Source: Phallusia mammillata
Taxonomy: Eukaryota
Length of the DNA: 64,000 bases
Assembly (NCBI GenBank): GCA_965637545.1
Contig: OZ281499.1
Location: 15,252,001-15,316,000, forward strand
Reading direction: 5' to 3'
Under the pieces are notes generated by a model that searched no databases, had not been told where the DNA came from, and worked only from the letters and a program-made list of their open reading frames with translations. The first letter of the stretch is position 1, and the number at the start of each line of letters is the position of its first letter. This document shows, in pieces, positions 37,901 through 46,900 of this stretch. A program made the position numbers and the translations under genes.

Positions 37901-40900
37901 ACCAGAGACACAGATTGTAAGAGGACAGGGGAGATCTTTGTTGACGCAAGTCTTGGCACATTCAGCTCCTTCTAAACTCTGACTTTCAAACGCTCCTAGA
38001 CTGCAGTTGTGATAAACCTGACCTGGGGGACACATGGATGGGAAGGTACCTTCTCCCTCGCACTCTATGGAGCCACGAATACACTGGCTGAAAACAAATC
38101 ATTATGTTCAGATTACCAACTTTTGAAAGGGAGTAAAAGTACAATGTTGCAAACAAAGTCCTTGGAGTTTGAAAAGCAATACCTTTCCCCCGATATTGCA
38201 TTTCAAACTTATAATCATATAGCCCTCGCAGTCAACATTACATAAAGCACCATTTTTGGCCGTTTTGAGGACAAAGAATCTACGAATTCTGAGCTTACCA
38301 CATGACTCCAGGTGTGTAGATGGTTCGGCCGGGCTCATACCATGTTCCGAGATAGTAACAAGGGCAATCTACATCCTCAACACATACATCTGAATCAAAC
38401 AAACAACTATTTACCTTCGTTTGCTCACAAAAATTCTGTTGGTAAAATCATATAATTTTCACCCTTTGTTAGTAAGCCTATATTCATAGTTAAAAGTTCA
38501 CGTTATAAATTATTATTGTTTAATATCAGAACGACCTTTTTACAAAAGCAACATTTATTATAAAGTGTAAGGCAATGAACATATTGTGTAACTCACTAAA
38601 AAGTGAACGTTAAGAATTTAAATATTGTTGTTTAACATCAATGCGCTTTTTACAAACGTAGCATTTATTTTAAAGTGCAAATATTGTGACGTCAAATTGA
38701 TTTTACCTTGTGGTGAAACAAACATTCCCTCTGGACAATTGCAACCTTCCACGCAAACAGATGAGCATTGCTCTGGTACAGAAATCGACCGACAGGTTTT
38801 GCCACAACCAGACCCGCACGGCTTGTAAATTTGACCTCCCGTACATGTAATATCTTGACGAAACAGCATAGCAAAAATATGAAGCAAATATATTGTCTTG
38901 CAAATCAACTAAGTAACGACATTTTTTGAAAAGGAATTGCAATAAGGATAAATTCACACCAAATACATCAGGTTTTACAGGGCACAACACCAATATTAAA
39001 TATGTCATAGCATTTATCTCCATTAAACTACATTGTACAGTACATTTCGTTTGTGTTTTGTTACTATTTCAACGATAATTCGCGGGATACTGTTGGTGGT
39101 GGTAATTGACTAACATACAAACAATCATCTTTTTAAAACAGCCCTTTGCAAAATACTAACCACTAAAAAATAAGCAAACAATCACAACACCTTCAAAACT
39201 ATAATAGATAGTCTTCAGAAATTTCGACACAATATTATAGACTTTTCAAGCACTTCAGCGAACACACTTTTGTAAAAACATAATTGTAATAATTAAAAAT
39301 AGTTATTTCTAAAGTAATATTCATTGATGTAAACTAAGGGCAACGAACTGCACACATGAAATAAAATTTCGTTGTACTTACTGCAAAAGTCGGGTGATCT
39401 CCAGTCAACGGTTTTTCCGAACGTGTTACACTTCTGCGCATAAACAGCAAGCGCCCCGCACATGCAATCATTGTTAGAATCCTTGGTGCAAGCGCAAAAT
39501 TCGAACATGCAGTCACGATAGTACTGTTCGGGGCTGACGTCATCGTGGCAATCTGAGAAAGGCGCTTCGAATATTTTGCGGCAAGCTTCTTTGGCCCAGT
39601 TTCCTAAAAAAGAAGATCAAAGCATACGCATAAATTTATAATATGAACAACAAACTGTGAGACAAAAGCAATCATTCCTTACAAAAACGCATAAAAATTC
39701 AATTTTGGCAAACTAAACTATTTTTTAGTTTCTTAATAATCAAGTTGTGTCTTATATTTCCTTTTCATTATGCTAACCTTTTAAGAAAACTATTATCATC
39801 GTTGGCAACTTTGCTTCCGGTGATGCTGTTTTACGTGTATTTTGTAATTAACTTTCTTTATTATTATGTGATGTTTGCGAATGTTTGTTTGTAAAACTTT
39901 TGGCATCAATAGGTTGTGTAACTGACTAGCCAGAGCACATTTCATTTCATGTAAATAGTGATTAGTAGGGCAAATATTTTTTGACTTGTCAAAAAAAGTC
40001 AAAATTTTGTCAAAATTGTTGGAATAGGTCAAAAATTGTCAAAATTGTTCACAAAGTCAAAATTTTTTACAAAGTTAAAATTGTTTACAAACTGCATTGT
40101 CGTGGTGTTGTAGAGGTTGCACTGTCAGTGAACTGTTCATTTTACACCTTGTAGACTACTTTATTCTGTTGTAACTGGCCCATTGCCTACTTATTGTGAA
40201 TCATAAACCATCAAGTGAGTGAAATAATTAGGTTGATATGGCATGATGCGCAACACATCTAAAAACGTTCAAAATTTTGGTAGGTCCCAAGTCATTTTAC
40301 GGCAGCTGCAGGTTAGGTGCAGCTCTTGCTTCGGTTTTGCTTTAGGTATTTCATGTATCTTTCGTTTAGACAACTGTATTGAATAATTTTCGTTGTGTCT
40401 TAGCCGCAGTTTTTTGGCAGTGATTTTTAATTAGCTCATTTCCCTTTTCAGAACAGGCTAGGTCTGTGTTCAGATTTTTGCCCTTCTGTTAGACATTTGC
40501 TCTACAGAGTAGCCTACAGCCATATTTCAACTTTTTGTACAATAATGTGTAATTTAACTACTTGAATTTTTCATAGGTCAAAATTTTGTCAAAAAAAAGT
40601 TTTTTAAAGTCAAAATTTGTCAAAATTTTCAATTTGTAGGTCAAAATTTTTCGTTTTTTAGGTCAAAAAATAATTGCCCTAGTGATTAGCATTTCGGGCA
40701 AAAAGGACAAAAGAAAACTAGTAAATATTAAGACAAGAACTTTGTTGCAAACAATATCGCAAGTACGAAGTCAGTCAAGTTTATTTTTTCATCTTTATTT
40801 TGATTAACAAAGTTTTGCTTGACATATACGAAACCGAAGCACGCTTATTAGGTTTAAATCACGTCATAGGTGTGAAACCTTTGCCAAAACTGAAAATGTG

Positions 40901-43900
40901 AGTGATAACTTAATAAAACGAAATAGCATTGCTGTGCAAAACAGCTGATTTCTAATCACCGAAACGACGTGTCGTGAAACGTCTGTCCGATGTCAAGCTG
41001 AACCCTCCTGCTATCGTAAACCAATGAGTTACTCTCTTGGGACTTCTGCCTACAGTGTCTTTCTTGACCAAACGAGCGTTAGACACATTTACGTTTCGGG
41101 GGCCTGTGGGTGAACCGCTGGGTCAATCGGGGTAAAACTTCTGGAGGATCAAGTTCAGATTAATATCTAACATGTGTCCAAATTTAAATAAATTAGAAGC
41201 ACTCTTTCTTTACCAAACGAGCGTTACAAACCAGCGTTAAAATATTACGTTTCGGGGACCTGTGGGTGAACCGCTGGGTAATTTGGGGTCAAACTTCTGG
41301 TGGACCAAGTTTGGATAAATATCTAACATATGTCCAAATTTCAATAAATTTGAAGCACGCTTTCTTCACTAAACGAGCGTTACAAACCAGCGTTAAAAAT
41401 TTTACGTTTCGGGGGCCTGTGGGTGAACCGCTGGGTAATTTGGGGTCAAACTTCAGGTGGACCAAGTTTGGATTAATATCTAACATATGTCCAAATTTCA
41501 ATAAATTTAAAGCACTCTTTCTTGACCAAACCAGCGTTACAAACCAGCGTTAGACAGAAAAAAGAAAAAAAAAAAAAAAAAATACGGACAAAAACAATAT
41601 GTGTCCCCTTCAGGGAAGGGGACCCATAATTACTTTGCACAAAGTATATAAAAAGTACAACAAAATAAATCGTTAATACCTTTATCGCTATTTATTTGGC
41701 ACGGATGAACCGGTTTGTTAGGAATATCATCACAATCATCATCCAATTTCCATGAATTGCCAAATGATGTTGGTGTACTTTCTAGAATGTTTTGTGACGA
41801 CAGAAAGTCATCAGCTGAGTTGCCGTTGTAATCCCCGGCAAGACCACACAGCTTGCCTGCAAAACGACGACCGGAACATGAAAACTTCACCACTCGTTAG
41901 TTTTTAACAAATCAGGCATAAGGTATTTGAAATGCAATAGCTAAGGGACTAAAACAGGTCAAAAGTTTTTCTTGATAATGATGAACACATCGCCGCATTG
42001 ATATTATGGCATGTGTTTGAACCTTTTACCCGACTTAGGGGTATAGCGCGGTAATTGATAGGGCTATAAAACTGATGCCACCGACAGTCACTGTATCTAC
42101 CAAGTGTAAAATTTTAACTTCAATTTAACATACAATTCATTATTTTGCTGTATTATGTTTAATTTCTGTATATTGCCTCAGTAACAAAAACTAACCAATG
42201 ATCAGCAACTATTCTACTACTGTCTAAATATCGTGGCAATGTACAGCAAACAGATCGTTATAATAAATATGCAGAATGTTATAACATACTACGTAAAATA
42301 TCAATAGCATAAATATCTAAAAACATGAATCGCGTTACAATACAGATTTTGTTCAGTTTTTAATATTTAAACAAGCAAGTTCCACTGAACTTTGAACATA
42401 AAAAAGGTATTGTCACTGCATAGGCGTTCATTAATCTCTGACCTCTGTACTTCTGTGGCACTGTAACGAAGAGAGTGTCGTGTCCATTCCAAAGTACACA
42501 AATACCAGTTTGTCTGTGGGACACGCGGATATAAAGAGACGACTCACGATAAATGTTCACGTCACCTGAAAAAAAAACACATATTAAAAACGATAACGTT
42601 AGAGAATCGTTATCTCGACTAGGGAACTTTGCATATCGACGCTGTAGCTTTTTAATACTGTGTAATCTAAAATAGAATCTCCAGCTCTTTGCTTGGTGGA
42701 TGAACCTATAATGAACCTTGTGCTTATTGATAACGTTTATGAAAACCATTGCGTCATTCACCCTTAAGAATTTATAATTTGCATATTTTGCACCACCAAA
42801 TAGAATCTATTTAAATAAGATACCGATGATGCTGTAAATGTGAAAAGTATACATCTCAATTTTATAAGGGTGAATGACTTAATGTTTTTCATAAAGTGTA
42901 GCTTTTTAGTTAGTCAAACAACACAAAAACGATCTTTTATATTTCTTATTTTTTTGTATTTTACTAATCAAGATACGTAAAAAATCTCATTCACCTGATG
43001 ATATTCACTATCACAAAAATATGCATTTAAAAATATGTATAACAAAAAACAAACAAAAATACTTTGAAACAGAAACAGGTGCTTACCAGATTGGTAGGGA
43101 AGTTGTACCTCGTAGTTGTTGATGCTTACTACGTGAAATTCGGTCAAAGAGATTTTCTACACAAAACAAAAGCCTTCTTTTAGCTTAATTTGTGTTTTTG
43201 CATGATAAACAATTGCCTAAAACTGAAAGCAAATATGCACAATAGCAGCAGTGAACGCCAATGGCTCATTTAACCGGTACTACGCTTCGTAAAATTTGAA
43301 CATTCGTGGGAAGCCCAAAAACTGTCGTTATATTTTTTTTGAAAATGACACATAAAAAAGGTAGAGAAAAAGACAAAAAGGTAGAAGAAAAAAGGCAGCA
43401 AATACCTGGCTTTTGCCGAATATGATTAGTTCGATAGTAAATGTCTTAATACAGCTTGTCCCACGATCGGCTCCACAATCAGTACTTTCCAAGTACATGG
43501 TAAAGGATTGGTCAGCGCAGTCTTTGGCAAAAACATACTGACAGCGGCCAACAAATGTAAAGAACTTGTCATCAAAGGTTTTGAAATGGTCGAACCCGAA
43601 AATGTGGGCTGTACCAGGACACATTGACGACTCACATCTCCATTGTCCAGCATCGCAGGTACTGTAGAATAAAATTTATCGTTTTATCACAATTTAATAA
43701 AAAATAAAAATTGCAATTTTTCATCCAGTGTTCGCTTTCGAGTAATGGTTTTGGTGCTTGTAGCCATTTACCCTTGGTCTACAATAACTGATAAGCTATA
43801 TCGAATTGTAGTAATTGGCATGACACTTTGTAGTAAATTTGGCAGCTTTTTACACGTTCACGTATCATTTAAGCTACTATAATTTTACTTAGTCACAAAT

Positions 43901-46900
43901 AGGCCAAAACATGAAATGTTTTAAAATCCAATATCAACCCCCCGCTTAGCTGTTTCGTACCTCTGGGTAAGAAACCCTTTTATGGAGTTTTCACTATGTT
44001 TTAAAAACTCCGAATGTTAAGGTTGTGCAACAACTTGAGCGCTAAATAAGTGTTATAAATGCCAAAGTTGGGGTTGCACAATCAGATCAGACAAAAAGTT
44101 TGTAAGCATAAAATCAGTACAAAACGCTTTACTTAAATAATTTCAAAACGTACCAGTTGTTGCAGTTAAAGGTGCTAGTTCTTTCTCCAGGTCTGTATTC
44201 TATTCCTTTGTGGATGCACGGACAGTTGGCGAGAACAGTGCAATCACCAGCATGTTCGTATCGTCCTGTAATGTACGTTAATGTTACATAGTTTGCAAAA
44301 GAGCACATTTGCATTCATTATTTACAAAACACAAACCGTATGGACACTGGCATCTGTCGAAGCAAAGTTGATTTGGCAGGAGATGTGGAACAATGCAAGT
44401 CTGGGGCGATTCCTTTCCACATTCGATCCATTCCTGATTTGCTGGACATCCTCTCACTGGACACAATAAAAAATGAACCATAACGCAATGTATCAAACCT
44501 TTTGCACATTACAAAACACTTACAGCATTGGTTTGTGGTTCTCCACTCAGGGGGTTCTGCACCGAATAACGCACAACTTCTGGAGTAAACAGTGACACTT
44601 TCACATTGGCAGTCGGCTCGAATCTTGTAATTGCATCTGCACAACTCCGTCTTACACAAATCATAATAGATGCTCGGATCGAGAACCTCGTGGCAAGAGG
44701 GAAATGATTCCCAGAGTATGTTACAAATATCACTTACTCCCTGTCAATGTTTAACACAATGTAATGCTTCAAATCTGCTGTAATTCAATTTAAGGTAGCA
44801 ACCGGACCACACACATAAATCGGTTACAACAATTTTAAGTTCAAATTTCATTCTGAATTTAAACATGGTAGTCATGCTCACCTGTTCTGCTTTGCATGTG
44901 GTGAAATTCTCTGTTACTGTTTTTATATCGTGACAAACCTCATTCACTTCTCGTTCAACCCATGTTTTGGCAACAATGTGTCCATTTATATCTCCAGTGA
45001 CAGGCACCCCTTTCAATTTACAATTCAGTTACAAATTACGGCAAAAAATAGTTAACAGTTCAATTAGTTATTAGGATTAATCTGCTCACATGAATCAGTT
45101 TTTCGTGCAACTCTAAAATCAGTCAAAAAGCAAAAATTATTTAGTAAAAATTCTAACCTTGTTTAGTTACAAGGTCATCGGTCTTGATTCCATTAAAGTT
45201 CCCACAAAGACCAGCAGTTTTGTTGTTATATCTTCCACTGTCAAGGATAACATGCACAGAACTTGTGTCCCGGTCAAACTTAACCTGCATCTCACCCAGT
45301 GATAGGATAATAAACGGCTGTGGGCGACTGATGAGCACTCCATAGCCATCAAAAGGTAATGAAATACTGAGGAATAGAAAAAACATATACCTTGGTCTAC
45401 AGTTTTACAAAAAGTCACTTACAACTTTATTACAACAGTTTGTCAGATTTTCCAAATGTAGTTGTATTAGTGTCAAAACAATAAACACTTAAAACTAGAC
45501 CAAACACTCACAAACTTATTGAAACTAAATCATAAAACTAAAACCAAGTCTTACAATTTTTCATTAAGAGTGACTTCCTGTTTAGTAATGGCAACCTTAA
45601 TGTTGGAAGCAGCAATCAAAACAGTAACCTGTGTGATGCATTTCAAATCATAAACATATTTTCCGTCTTCAACACAAGCAGGATTTTTTCGAACCAAGAC
45701 CTAAACATATAATTAATACATTTATTTCGTAATCTGTTAAAAAATGTGAAACAATGAAATCTAAAAACTTTTTACAGCAAGACAGAACAGGGTTCGGTGC
45801 ACCAAAGCATTATTAAGAAAAAGGTTCTTTTCTGCAAAAAAAGGCCTAAAGAAATGAAAAGTTCTGTTCTGCAAAAAATGTTTTTGCTATTTGACTATGC
45901 ATAGCTCTGTGGTAAAACAATATTTGCTAAAATTACAAGTGTAGAAGGGCCACAAAATAATTACAAGCAGTCAGTAAACCTTAAAATCTGGAGTGCCAAC
46001 AGAAGAGACCAATTCATATTGACAAACACCAGGAAAGTCATATAAAAAACCATCAAATGTTAACACATTTCCAGCTCCAAACACAGTGCATATTCCACCA
46101 CTGATGTCACTTGAAAGGTCTACAGTGGTTCCTGGGGGTTTGCTGTATGCACCTGGGAAACACAGAAGATAATACATTTCCAATATTACCCAAATCTACT
46201 TTTTACAATCATAACCAACCACATAACAATTATAAAACACAAATAAGAGTCAATAAAAGTACAAGGTTAACACAAAGAACCAAATCCACTGAAGTAAATC
46301 AGCACACAATCCAAGTTTAGGAAATTGAAAAATTAAGTATTTTAGAGAAACACACATGTAAAAAAATTATTTCAAGACAATAAATTGTGCATAATGTCCC
46401 ATGAGTTTGGTTTGCCTATGTAGTTTGTGTTACACTGGTTGCAGTACTCAAGGCACCTTAAAAAATTAACAAAAAAATTTCCACCTGCTAAAACTATTTA
46501 AGTGCAAAAATCTATCACGAGAACGAAACAAAAAGTTAAGCCAATCATTGTCTTACTGTAAAGGCAGCGGTGTCCGTAGTAACCTTCCCTGCATTGGCAT
46601 GTATTGGGCCCGATGCATGTTCCCCCATTTAGGCACGGTTGATCACATTGATCTGGAAATTCACAAATATTTTGGAGTATGTTTTGCGTTTTTTAATACT
46701 GTCATATTTGTGCTGATAAATCATGTTTGTTTGAGACATTATTGTAAGTTTGGACAAGAAATTAACAACATGATGTAGGAAAATATAGAAATACTTCTTG
46801 TTCTTTTAGAATGTGGTGCCCCCGAAGAGTCCCGATTTACCAACAAAAATAGTACACCAACTGTTGTCAAAATTAAACCAACTGTTGTCAAAATTTCGTA

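Noticed and set aside
41057-41556. Regularly spaced repeats considered as a CRISPR-like array
   Set aside because: The whole 156-157 bp unit is repeated with no unique spacers, the context is a eukaryotic intron, and there are no cas genes.
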